Below, in pieces: positions 12,946-25,188 of a stretch of 64,000 bases of DNA. Location of the stretch: the NCBI RefSeq assembly GCF_002105155.1, contig NW_019029014.1:372001-436000 (forward strand), written 5' to 3'. This DNA is from Lobosporangium transversale (Eukaryota). The translations under genes and the position numbers were made by a program. The notes beneath the pieces were generated by a model, which searched no databases, was not told the DNA's origin, and was given only the letters and a program-made list of their open reading frames with translations. Numbering within the stretch: position 1 is the first letter of the stretch; the number at the start of each line of letters is the position of its first letter.

Positions 12946-14108
12946 TCACTTCATGGTGTCTCTTCGTTTGCATCCTTTTTTTTCTATTCTTTTTCTTTCT
13001 TAGTTTTGCCGTGATTTTGATTTATCGTCCATTGATAGCTTGCTTTGCGTCCTTGTATCGCCATCATTCTTTAATGCTTCTTGTATTATAGCAATCTCTT
13101 TGTTTCTTTGTTCCTCTCTTTTTTTGAGCTCGTTGTGTATTTATCTTTTCTTTTGCTTCGCTGCATGTAATATAATGAATAATATAATGAATGATAATGA
13201 CAATAATGAATAATATAAAAATGAAAATAAAATAAATTTATAAAAAAAAGCGTAGAAAAACTTTGTGCCCCCTTGAAATTTTAGAAAAACTTTTGTTAAG
13301 GATGCTTAAAGTAGCAATAGCCAGAAGTCTGCCAGAGAGAGGACGTCTTCTGGATGTTTTCGCGTCAAAGGCGAACATTTCTGTACCGGTAGTATTGGTT
13401 ATTTCTACAAGACACTTCCTGATAACCTTCGAGGGATAGTCAGAGCCTTAGTGTCAACTTCATTTCGTCTGCTAAAGTTCAAACACTTTGAGCCCAGGAT
13501 CCTAGAACTGTTGATATTTCTTAAGTTTCGTGTGTCATTTACCAACTGAAGGTAACTTTTTAAATGCTCTTGACAGTATTGTATCATAAGATAATAATTG
13601 ATCTACTGGGAGTATCCTTTAGTCTTCAGAGACGTCAATATAGTAACAGTATCCTCGTGTCCTTGGATGTTAGTAGTAAAATGACGATTATTCATTCTAA
13701 TGTAAGACACTGTTATGCTCGCTGCTAAGATTAGGGCCCAAAGAGACATTTGCAATTGTGAACGTGTTTACTGCCCTTTCCAACCGATTATCTAATAAAA
13801 TTTTGAGGACGCAGTGTGAAGGGATGTTCAATCATGTGATATGAGCAACCTTAAGCCACAATCTGAAAAATTTGTATTTTAACCTGTGCTTTCGCGCAGA
13901 AGAGATTAGTTCCTCCTCTTACACACTCTCAATTTTCGGTGCGTGCAATTTCTGAAATTATAGTACCTCCTTGGATGTCAATTGGATATATTCATCATTC
14001 TATCGATCCATCAATCCATTCATGTCTATGGACTATCATCAGCACGGTTACAGTTACATGGATCATAGTGGAGGCTATTGGGACCACAATTCATGATGTC
14101 TTTTAGGA

Positions 14109-14150
<42 letters not shown>

Positions 14151-14503
14151 CTTTCTCAGGAACATCATTTGTGTGCTTCATTGCATTCAACCGAAAAAAA
14201 ACCAATGTCGGGAATATTGATTGCTCATATTTATGATTTAATGGAACGAGCTACCAAGAAGGCATTCAAAGTGAAGATTACTTTAGCTTGATCTTGCTTC
14301 CTTTTTTTCTTTTCATTTCTGAATCGGTTTATTCAAACAGAGCTACTGTCTGGATTTACACCAATGGTTTCTTATATCGACAATATGCGCGGATCAAGAG
14401 AAACTCTACTGGGGCAACGGATACATTAAATGGCTATCATTGTCTATGAACCTCTAGTTAACACTTTGTCTGTTTTTTGACTGAAATAAATTTCTAGGAC
14501 ACA

Positions 14504-15076
14504 ATGAAGGATATCTACAAGGAAGAGATTCTCCCCGTCCCCGCTAATGTCGAGGTCCAGATCAAGTCCCGCATTGTGACCGTCACCGGTCCTCGCGGTA
14601 CTATCACCAAGAACTTCCGTCACGCTGAGATGGACATTGTCAAGTTGGATACCGCCCGCATCCGCCTTGTTGTCTGGCACGGCAAGCGCAAGCACGTTGC
14701 TTGCCTCCGCACCATCCGTTCATTGATCCATAACATGATCGTTGGTGTTACCAAGGGTTACGAGTACAAGATGCGTTTCGTCTATGCCCATTTCCCCATC
14801 AACGTCATTATTGCTGATGACCAAAAGTCGGTTGAAATCCGTAACTTCGTTGGTCAAAAGATCATCTTGAAGGTTCCCATGTTGGATGGCGTTACCATTT
14901 TCCACTCCAAGGATCAGAAGGATGAGATCACCTTGCAGGGCAACGATGTTGACAACGTTTCTCAGTCTGCTGCCAACATCCAGCAGGCCACCACCGTCAG
15001 AAACAAGGATATCCGTAAGTTCTTGGATGGTATCTACGTCTCCCAAAAGGGTGCCATCAAGGCTGATGACGAATAA
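14504..15076 (+). CDS. RPL9: 60S ribosomal protein L9 (uL6)
   Basis: 190-aa intronless ORF with strong codon bias, GYEYKMRFVYAHFPIN and NKDIRKFLDGIYVS. An AG acceptor just upstream of the ATG suggests a 5' UTR intron. Confidence 0.97.
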   Translation: MKDIYKEEILPVPANVEVQIKSRIVTVTGPRGTITKNFRHAEMDIVKLDTARIRLVVWHGKRKHVACLRTIRSLIHNMIVGVTKGYEYKMRFVYAHFPINVIIADDQKSVEIRNFVGQKIILKVPMLDGVTIFHSKDQKDEITLQGNDVDNVSQSAANIQQATTVRNKDIRKFLDGIYVSQKGAIKADDE

Positions 15077-15740
15077 AAAGGAGGTTTCTCTTTTTCTTTT
15101 TTATCCCTCATTAAAAATCTGGAGTGAAGAATCCAACACATTTTTTCGAAAAAAAAAAATAATAATAATTCGGATCTCAATGGATAATGATAATAAATCG
15201 CACAGTCTAGCGGCCTTGCTTCCCTCCGCTAAGGCAATCTGCGAAATGAATGTGCTGGGATGTATATAAAAGTTGATGGCCATAGAGGCATTGAAAATTT
15301 TAAGTATCATTCAAAATTGAAGAAAGTGAAGATAATGACGGCTACTGTAATTTAAGACCATAATCATTCAACAGGGAGAGAAGAATCAACATGTTATCAA
15401 GGTCTGTTGACGATAGTCTTTATTTTAATCATGCTATTAACGAGAGGTAGGATCGATGTTAATTTAGTCTATTTACAACAATAAAAAAAGCTTTCTGAAT
15501 CATAAACAAATGTGCTGTTAGTAAGCCACATAGTGTTATTATTATTATTTTTTTTATATACCCTGCCAAAGCCTCTGACCTTCATTTTATAAGACATCGA
15601 CTTTCCTTGAAGCTTCATTATTCTTACAGTTGCGCTTTACATTGTTTTTCCTCATCACCTAATACGCGGAAGGATAAAACTTCAACCTGGAGGAGAAAAA
15701 TAAGACACTGTAAGAGAAAATACTACAAAGGAAAGCCAGG

Positions 15741-16170
15741 ATGTCCAAGTCTTTAGCCAACACCAACACGGGACCTTTTGTTAAAGTCTCGACAAAAATA
15801 TATATCCATTTGCCCCCATGCTTTGCTACCAAGCCGATCGAGGGTATTCAGGAACAATTGAATGGATTTCTTATGAGGTATTGTTCGAGTAGCCATATTC
15901 AGCGTACGATACTGCAGATCATGAGGATATATGTGTATATAAAAAGCTTCAAGTTTTTTTTAAAAAAAATGTCCGTGATCAATGGCATCATCCTCCACTC
16001 TATTAGATATATGCCTCAGGTAGATGGCGTTGTGCTAGCACATTCAGATCTGGAGCTACTACAATCAGCAGGAAAAATTATGTATGATTCACCTTACTGT
16101 CACTTCTGGATCTCGGTTAAGCTTTTGGTTTGGAAACCTATCAAAGGGAGTATCCTTCGTACGTCTTTTG

Positions 16171-16216
<46 letters not shown>

Positions 16217-17037
16217 CAGGAAGAAAAAGGATAAACAATTGACATTCGCAGATACCTTTTTCTCACTTTTTCTTTTTTTTTCTTTTTTTTTTTTTTCATG
16301 TCCCTTTTTCCATCAAGACGGAACAATTAATCTGCAATCACCTGATCATATCGGTCTGGTACTTTATGGCACATTTAATGCCTCGATCCCTTCCGAGTTT
16401 ATTCCCAAGGATAAATATGAATTTAATCCCAACAGCAGTTACAACCACCATATCAAACAGCAGCCGCAAGGAGAGGATGCAAACCAAGGCGAGGATTCTT
16501 TAGCTTCTGCTACTGGACTATTGAACGGAGAATGGGTCTTGAAGAGCACAGGCGAGAGCATTGGACACGATGGTGTTATTGAATTTGAAGTTGCAGAGTA
16601 AGTTTCTCATACTTCTTTTTTGTCTAAAAAATTAAGAGTTCAATGCTAATAGCTTCTTTTTTTTTCTTTTGTTGATAAAATTGTCTAGCTTGGTCAGGAC
16701 GAACGATATGCTGGCAGTAACGGGATCTTTGATGGGTGTACCTGTAACAATGCGTCGTCCATCCATGATGATCAAACCTTCGACTTCTTCTGCTATTTCA
16801 TTTTCAGGGAAGGCTAAAGGGGCCTTGTCAGATCCTGTACAAAAGAAAAGATCAGCACCGGAGGACGAAGAATCTACAGCCCAAGAGACAGATCTCAAGA
16901 GGATAAAGAAGGAAAAGAAGGAGAAGAAGAAGAAGAACAAGGAAGGCGAGAGTGAGGAGAAGGAGAAGAAGGAGAAGAAAGAGAAGAAAGAGAAGAAGGA
17001 AAAGAAGGAAAAGAAAGTGAAAAAGGTTGATTCATAG
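15741..17037 (+). CDS. RPA43: RNA polymerase I subunit RPA43, 4 exons, with Lys/Glu-rich tail
   Basis: LMRY(MP)QVDGVVLAHSD, VWKPIKGSIL, GTINLQSPDHIGLVLYGTFNASIP and a C-terminal KKEKKE repeat typical of nucleolar proteins. Confidence 0.9.
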
Positions 17038-17287
17038 GACATTAGCATTTTTTTTGTTTTATTTTATTATTCATCTTAGAAACACAACTTATCCGCATCT
17101 TCCCATTATTATTATCACCACTATTTTTTTTTTCTTCATATAAACATTTCAGCATTGCACTTCCTACTAAGGCAAAGAAAAAAAAAAAAAAAAAAAAAAA
17201 GTTACAATTTGGTGCAGAGTTTTATACTATAACCATTGCTTTGCGCACAAGGATAAGGATACGGAACAAAGAGAGAGAGCGATAAAT

Positions 17288-17646
17288 TGATCTAAGCTGG
17301 AAGCGAAGCAGCAGCGATTTTTGAGAACAAGCACGTGCTGGTTAATTTTTTCAGCATGCTGGTTCAATTTTTCAGCATGCTGGTTCAATTTTCCAGCATG
17401 CTGGTTCGTTTTTCCAGCATGCTGGTTCGATATTTCAGCATACTTGTTAAAATTTATTAAAATTTTTAACTTGCTTAACCAAGTGCTCCTCCATGCACTG
17501 CTACCTCAGACATCATTCGCATTTATTTTAGAATCTCGAGCATCAATAAAAGCTTGATTACTCACAGCTACAGAATGGATAATCCTCATTCAAACATTTG
17601 TCAGTTTTGTATATGCACATGCCTAAAAAAAGATGTCAGCCATAGT
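17288..17646 (+). repeat. Left TIR (~359 bp) with five 21-bp tandem units around the CAGCATGCTG palindrome
   Basis: Reverse complement of 20762-21162 apart from the number and order of repeat units. Confidence 0.95.
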
Positions 17647-17705
17647 TTGGCATCTGTTTTAGAAATTAAGCGTTGCCATAGAAGTCCTTTATTTTAATAA
17701 AAAAG

Positions 17706-20561
17706 TTAGCTGCTACTGCTACAACTCTGTAATTTTTTCAGGGCAGAGACAAAGCTATGATAAAATATGATGTTACGGAAGTTTTGATTGGTCATTCGGT
17801 TTCTGCGTGCAGACAGGATCCATCCGGCTCTGCTGAATAACCTTTCAGAATCATTGGAAGTAGCCTGGACAGAAAGGTATGCTCGTGCAAATGGAGCAAT
17901 ATAATCCATTCCTCTTAATCCCTTGTCCTTTTGCTCCTTCCAGTAAAGCTCAGGAGTAAAAGCAAAACGCGCGATGTCCATCATCGGCGTTCTTGAAATA
18001 GACGCATCATAATATACCATATCGACACTAACTATCGAATGGTAATATTCTTGTTCCAAAAGAGGAAGTTGATCCCAACATGCTCCATCTTGGGTGGCGG
18101 CAAACTTTTTTGCTGCATCTCTGGTCACCTCTAGAGCTTTCTTCCTGAGAGAGTCACCATTGGTTGTCATTATGTCTTTAATGATACTCAAGGTCACCGG
18201 GTTCAGGAATAGCGATATGAGCATAACATCGGGAATGTCATCCACGGCCCACATCGTATTGATAAGCCTGTTAAGGTTTCTCCAGAGCTCCTGTGCCGTC
18301 TCGGTGTCGTATGTGCGAGAGTCCGGTAGCAACTCTTTCAACTTCACATACATTTGTGACAGTTTTGGATGGTCGGTACTGCCCACCCATTCAGTGAATT
18401 TGACTGCATCTGTCATCATATGAATGATTTCACGGAGAGCTTTGACCTCATCACGATCGAGTAGGTTTGGCTCTAATTCCTTTGCTTTCAACCTTATCTC
18501 CCTTTTTTCGGAGGATTCCATGCGATGGTAGGTGCGAGAAATTGCTTGAGAGTAAAGTAGCACTCTATTTGCCATCTTGTACTGGGAGTTCCATCTTGTA
18601 ATGTTCCTCGACAGCAACTTGGCACCCTTGCCTTCCTGTTCTTCCACTAAGATAGACATCGCCGCGGCATTGCCTCTGAAAAAAACTGGCACTTGTCCAA
18701 TAATTTCTTAGCGGGCTCGCATAGCTCCAAAGACTATTGATGCAAAGCTGGATCTTATGTGAGGCGCATGCCAACCAGTGCACCCCCTTGTGATCTTCTT
18801 GGTAGAGAGCTATCGCTTTTTTTATATTAGCACCTTGGTCTGTTGTTGCGCAAATGAGTCTTTCGCTCATATCCATGCTATCAATAGCCTCAGCTGGTAA
18901 ATGAATCAAAAGACCACAAAAAAAAAAAAAAAAAAAAAAAAACGTTAAGAACGTTAAGAACGTTGCAATACTTATGAAAATATAAAGATAAGGGGCAGAT
19001 GTATCAGCATTTCACTTACCAAACTTCCGGTGAGTATTTTGGGATGTTTGCACCCCATAGACTTGTTCCATCCCTATTGCAATAGATACTGGCTCGAAAT
19101 TTGGCGTGAAAAAATGCATTGTAGTCCCCAAGAACTTCCTGTGATCGACGCTTGTCCAGCAATCTGTCGTGACGGCAGCGTAAAGCTTATAATAGGTAAT
19201 GTACTCTTTGATTTCGCGTCTCATCTCTCGAACTCGTCGATCCATCCTGTCTTGCATAGCCATTGTGGTAGGGATATTGAAATAAGGATTGGTCATTTCA
19301 ATGATTGATCTGAAGATCGTCGAATTAACTGCAGTAAAAGCGTATCCTCGAATGCTTCTTGTTCATGAGGGAGCGGCTTCTTGAGGCTCTCATTAACAAT
19401 CTCATCTCGTGCGATGTCGAATTTTGCCTTTCTTGGTGGAGCCACGTCAACTTCTTCCGGATCAGGTGGCAGCATGATACCTTTAACCCTGCTCTGACAA
19501 TTGCGAAATTCTTGGAGGGCACTATATAAATCGCCATGGCACTGAGTTAAGTGAACAGATCTTGAATATCCACTCCGTAGTACCACAGATTACTCCATCT
19601 TTCAGGACCAGACACTGGAATTCTTCCTTGCTTGATTTGAAAAAATGACCAATCACGCTGTTTTTGCGAAAGGATTTTTGATTTGGAATCAGGGCTAATG
19701 CTTTTTGAGAGGGAGGGGCGTCAGAGCATTGTTCTGGCGTAGGAATGGTACCAAAATCCAGTAACTCGTACAAATCATACCATCCGTTTGATGCAAAATG
19801 ACTATCCCTCAGCTCTCTCCGCCGGTTGGCCAATGCTTCAGCATCAATGGCACGTGTAAAGTCAAAAGAGGGAAGATTAATAGATCTTGAACGCGTAAAG
19901 TTAATATTGCGCTGCTGCGTGGAGCTCAATGTAGAAATCGAGGAGACTGAAGATGGGCCTGGTTTTGACTCCCGATATTGGGAGAAGCTGTTGGATGAAC
20001 GGAGAGATGACAGTGGGGGTTGCTGTGCAGCAAGTAGCGTATGATTATAACGTGATGTAGGCAAAGCTGTTGATGATTGAGAACGTCCAAACGTCCTTGG
20101 TCTGGCATGATGAACCGATTGCGCAAATCCACCGGGAGGAGAAGAAGTTTTGATGAACCTCCTCTTTTCGCGACCAATGCTTACCATGGGTCTCATCGTC
20201 TGGGATGAAGACGAGATTGGGTTCGCACCAAGATAGGAGTCTAGTACCTCAAGCTCATCACACGGCATATCTTGCGTCTCGAACGATTCGCCATTGTAGG
20301 CTGCATCACTAGTTTGGGGAGAATCGATTCTATTTGCTGGAAGACTTTCTGGAGTTGCATTCTTCGTTCGATTTGATTTCGGCGAGGTATAAGGGTCTCT
20401 TCCTCGTCCTCGTCCTCGTCCTCGTCACTGGTGTGCTCCTCCTGATACTCATTCCCCTCCTCGTGTCCATCCTCATACTCATCCTCATCTTCATCCTCAT
20501 CCTCATACCCCTGTTCTCCATTCTCATCCTGGTGAAGAGGATCATGTGTATGATTTGCCAT
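17706..20561 (-). pseudogene. Frameshifted hAT transposase (acidic N-terminus, BED-like Zn finger, DDE, dimerisation domain)
   Basis: Motifs in successive, shifted frames: FQCLVLKDGVICG...HLTQCH, VTTDCWTS, TTDQGANIKKA, CASHKIQL, TRWNSQYKM and ATSNDSERLFSRAG. One intron (~19019-18892). Apparent frameshifts near 20395, 19580, 19295 and 18700-18730. Confidence 0.88.
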
Positions 20562-20761
20562 TATTTCTTAAAGATTTTGTGTGAAAGTAAAACGGGTAAC
20601 AATGGAAAGAAGATAAAGAAGATTAAGAAGATAAAGAAGATAAAGGCAACGTTGTAGCATTCAATTGGTGTTTGGTTTTGTATAGCATGAAAACCTTTCT
20701 GTTCCACCAGCTGCAGTTAGCACGCCATTTTTGTTTTTTTGTGAAGAGGCAATGAAGGGTG

Positions 20762-21162
20762 ACTATGGCTGACATCTTTTTTTAGGCATGTGCATATACA
20801 AAACTGACAAATGTTTGAATGAGGATTATCCATTCTGTAGCTGTGAGTAATCAAGCTTTTATTGATGCTCGAGATTCTAAAATAAATGCGAATGATGTCT
20901 GAGGTAGCAGTGCATGGAGGAGCACTTGGTTAAGCAAGTTAAAAATTTTAATAAATTTTAACAAGTATGCTGAAATATCGAACCAGCATGCTGAAATATC
21001 GAACCAGCATGCTGAAATATCGAACCAGCATGCTGAAATATCGAACCAGCATGCTGGAAAATTGAACCAGCATGCTGGAAAAACGAACCAGCATGCTGAA
21101 AAAATTAACCAGCACGTGCTTGTTCTCAAAAATCGCTGCTGCTTCGCTTCCAGCTTAGATCA
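20762..21162 (-). repeat. Right TIR (~401 bp) with seven 21-bp tandem units
   Basis: Inverted copy of the left TIR. It is 42 bp longer because of two extra 21-bp units. Confidence 0.95.
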
Positions 21163-21253
21163 CTCAGAGCGAAGAATTTTGGCATACATGTAGTCCTTCT
21201 CTTGTGCAACAAGCAACAAATATGGAACAAGCCTGGTTGAGCATAGCATGAAC

Positions 21254-21284
<31 letters not shown>

Positions 21285-21476
21285 GCGTCAGCTGATGTAA
21301 TCAAGTAGCACTCAACTCTCCATCAGCATTCAACACTCACATTTGCTTCACAACTCATTGCCGATTCAAAATCAACCAAGAATAGCAGGAATAACACTCG
21401 AGTGCAAAACAAGGATACATCTGAAGCGCTACACCGCTTTTTTTATTTTTTTTTTATTTTTTTGATTCATTCTAAT

Positions 21477-22974
21477 ATGACTGCAGTACCAACGCTTCCG
21501 TTTGTCCTGCTCAAGGCACACAAACCTTACTCTACAAGCGATATTGTAGCCCTCAATGCTGCTGCCGCCACCTCCGCACCATTGACATCAGCAACCATGA
21601 CGGCTACTGGCAGATCTTCCTCATCACACTCATTGATGGATAGCCGACCAGTACTTCGCTCCGCTTCGACAACTGACGCCAGAGCAAGTCCTGGATTAGG
21701 AATTGAAGCTGCGCCCACATCCTCCATATCATCATCCACTGCACCAGCAACAGTTAAGGCTACAGACCCTTCTACTGACTCTAATCCGATATCATCATTA
21801 TCATCCGTGATTCAGACTCGAGCCATCCACCCGCAAGTGCATTATATTTTCGAGGACGATCCTCTTGAGAGTGATATCCTGGAATCCATCCCAAAATCGC
21901 GTTCTATCACCTTGGATCTTGACCCCAAATCGGGTACTATCAGCAATGTGGAATCCTTTATGACCCATTTACAGATCATGGACATAAAACTGGTGCCGCT
22001 CCAAACAACTCTGACCAATGCTACGACAACAGTGATGACAACTACTACTAATGCTGCTACATCAGCTTCCTCGGCATCATTGAACTCCTTGGGGGTAATC
22101 CCATCAGCGGGAAACACAGATACTGGGAGTGAGGGTAGCCATAATAATATCGCCCATACACAGGTGTTTGCAATGACAGATACTACAAGTAGTATAAATA
22201 ATACTAACAACGGCTCTCCTTTAGCTGCTGCTGCTGCTGCTGCACTTTACAGGACAGACTCTTATGGAGCTTCTTCTAATCAATCTTCAATGACAATGTC
22301 GAGTACAAAGATGGCACGAAAGACGTCTGAAAGAAGTTTGATGGGGCAAGCAGGGATAACATTAGCGCCAGCAGCATCACTGACAGCCACTGCAAGAGGA
22401 AATGATATCGAAGATGATCTCAAATCCCACAGAAATGACGATGCAACGCTGCCAACTGCTATTTTAAACGCTTCAATATCAGTATCAGCAGCAGGGGCGT
22501 CATCACCATCGTCATCAATACGGGAGCCCATAATCAAGGATTGGACACTTGTTATTGACGTTGTTGAAGTAGATGAGGAAGATCATGAGAGGTAATTATT
22601 TTTTTTCTTTTTTTCCTTTTTTTCTTCGTCCTTTTCAGTTGACCTATCTGTACATGGAATCATGTAATAATTTTCTTATGTGTGTGCATGTTTTTTTTTT
22701 TTCAGTGATTCTGAGGTGCTGGATCAGTCCATGATCTCAAGCTTAGACACCGACGTGATTCCTGGAAATTATCTCTCTCACTGCGAAGCGCTTCTCAAGT
22801 CATTTAGTGCGAGGTAATTTTTTTTTTTTTTGTTTTGTTTAGTGTGAATTTGCAATGAATCGTTATCAAACAGCCCTCTTTATTAACACGTCATTCCGCC
22901 CTAGAAATCTCTTGGTGCACAAAATGATCGATTTCAATGATATCAGCCCTCCTCTGAAAGGCAATCCTCATTAG
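21477..22974 (+). CDS. Ser/Thr/Ala-rich protein with Atg31-like core; exons 21477-22591, 22706-22813, 22905-22974
   Basis: Clean GT-AG splicing keeps the frame. Conserved-looking blocks IHPQVHYIFEDD, SITLDLDPKSGTISNVES, WTLVIDVVE and EALLKSFSARNLLVHKMI recall the block order of yeast Atg31. The gene itself is well supported; the identity is tentative. Confidence 0.6.
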
Positions 22975-23183
22975 AATATATGGCCACGAACACCAATGGC
23001 TCGGGGCCACAATAGCCTTTTTTTCATTTTGTGCTGTTGGTGTAAATCCTTTTTTCCAATAATACAACTTCATGGGAAACGAGTGAACGATAAAATGAAA
23101 GAATGAATTAAAAAGTCTTCTTTTTTAGATGCAGGAAACAATATGATATAATAAAAAAAGAACGGCCACTTTTTCACTCCTTT

Positions 23184-24120
23184 TTAGGGAGAGGCTTCTC
23201 TGAACCGTGATTTAGTCTGACGAACCCCCGAGAAAGATAGGTTAGGGAATGAGTTTGATGTGTTTAAGCTCGGGGTCGAGCTCAAGGTTAGAGTTGATTC
23301 CGATTTTGTGTACAAGTGCAGCAGCAATGTCACTGCCAAATGAGCCATTGGTATGCAAATAATTGACATCATTGAAAATATGCTAAGTCAAGTCGCTCAT
23401 GGCCATCCACCAAGGTCTTGTTGAAGGATGATGGAGTCGCAGAGCAGCCAATTGTATATTGGGTGAACCATGAGTACGGGGTACAGTTGGACGTTTAGAT
23501 ACCATTGTTGCTGGTGATAGGGCTGACGAGCCCGATCCTAACAGGGTTGCTTCGTTTACTGAAGACATCTCGTCAAAAAGTTGTAAACTCATCTATTTTT
23601 CAAAACTCAAAATCTTAATTTTTTTTCGATCTCGCGTTTTCTGTTGTCAACGATACGCTCCTCCTCAGGCTCACTGTTCTCCACTAAATCAAATACGGTC
23701 CTGATATCTTGGGTGGCCTCTATATCAGGCTCTAGAGTAACGGCTTCTGCTTGCTCTTGATTCATTACTCTATCTAGTTCTATGCCCTACTCGCTGTTAC
23801 CCCTCTATCCGACGTTTGCATATACCGCTCTTGGACCGCTTGTGGTACCTCCTTGGTTATAGCTTTAAAGATATACGCTATCATAACGTATTCGTTATGT
23901 GTATTGGTCGCTTTAATGCGAGTAACTTCATCAGGCCCCTTCTGTAGCCCTGCAGGCTGCTTGTTTGGCAAGCACGGGCTTGAATCGGCAGCAATGGAAG
24001 GTTGCCCAGCTTTTTGGTTTGAAGAAGCATCTTTGAACCCGTGTTTAGGAAGAGTCATATATTTTTAATCTAAAAACGGTAATTGACGTGACGAACTTGC
24101 AAGCCAATTGACTGTCAATA
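23184..24120 (-). pseudogene. Degenerate coding-like segment downstream of Cdc25
   Basis: Collinear minus-strand Ser/Pro-rich ORF fragments (23780-24058, 23383-23592, 23184-23372) separated by stops and frameshifts. Confidence 0.35.
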
Positions 24121-24877
24121 AACTCGAGAGTATTCAAAAAAATATAAGGGATCGCGACCAAATGAAACGGGCATTGAAATAAATATTTCCTCAGAATTCA
24201 ATTGAAAGCGAGTATATTAAAAAATATTAGTTTACGGCTTTTTGGCGAGGACAGCTTGAAGTTTTAGGAATGCAATGAGAAACAAAATGAACCTCGATTG
24301 ATATTTCTCAGCGCTTCTCTCATTGCATGTGTCCTTCATCCCCTTTCATTCCTGACATTACAGATCTTTTCCGCATGATCTGATCTTTATTGATCTTTTC
24401 AAGCCAATCAACATAATGAGTGGCAATGGTGACCGAAAGCACCACTAAGCCCTACTAATCATCGATCTTCATTTCACTCGTATGGGGAAAGAAAAAAAGA
24501 AAGAGAGAGAAATGTACAGCACACGCAACAACATGTATTTTTAGTCTTATCTTTATAAGCAAAAGAAAGTGTATTATGTTCGCAAACTAGAATGCTTTTG
24601 TTCCTGGGGTTCGTGCCTAAATCCTCAATAAAAGGCATATTTCACAGAACGCATTGCCATGTGTAGCATAGACTAAGACTAGTAAAAATAACTAACTAAA
24701 ATTACTAACTAAATTAACACGCTAAAAGTTAGCGGTAGAAATTAGTGGCAATAGTACATGATAGATATGTACCTGGCGCATGCTCTTTACATTAGAAAAT
24801 GGATAAACATCCCATGGGTGTGCCGTACGGACCCACATCTTATTCCCACTTACGTTTCTACCTGTCTACTTGTCTGT

Positions 24878-25142
24878 CTAAAACTTTTTAATTTCTGTCC
24901 CAAGAAATCCCTTTGAGGCTGTCCGTGAAAATTCACGGCTAAAGACACGCATTTGCTGCTCAAATTCCTTGGAGTGTTTCATATTGTTCATCTCAACGTA
25001 GGCTTCGGGCCAACAGTATGACTTATTCTCCTTGAAGAAGCCAGAATAGCCGCCTTGCATCACATACACTTCAGGATAAAAAACTGCGGGGTAATGCATA
25101 GCATTCGCCTCACGGTCTTGATTGCGAAGATGACGAGCCCTA

Positions 25143-25188
<46 letters not shown>

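Larger units (their letters stand above)
17288..21162 (-). mobile_element. hAT-superfamily DNA transposon with long terminal inverted repeats
   Basis: Inverted repeats 17288-17646 and 20762-21162 flank a hAT transposase remnant on the minus strand. Confidence 0.92.

Noticed and set aside
13650..14495. Possible snoRNA in the RPL9 upstream intron region
   Set aside because: No convincing box C/D pair with a terminal stem, or H/ACA architecture, could be identified by eye.
17330..17445. Palindromic tandem repeats resembling a CRISPR array
   Set aside because: The units are contiguous 21-mers without unique spacers, lie within TIRs in eukaryotic DNA, and no cas genes are present.
17321..17557. 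ORFs with (ACWFxxx)n repeats here and at 20851-21129
   Set aside because: They are incidental translations of the 21-bp arrays in the transposon TIRs and begin at non-ATG codons.
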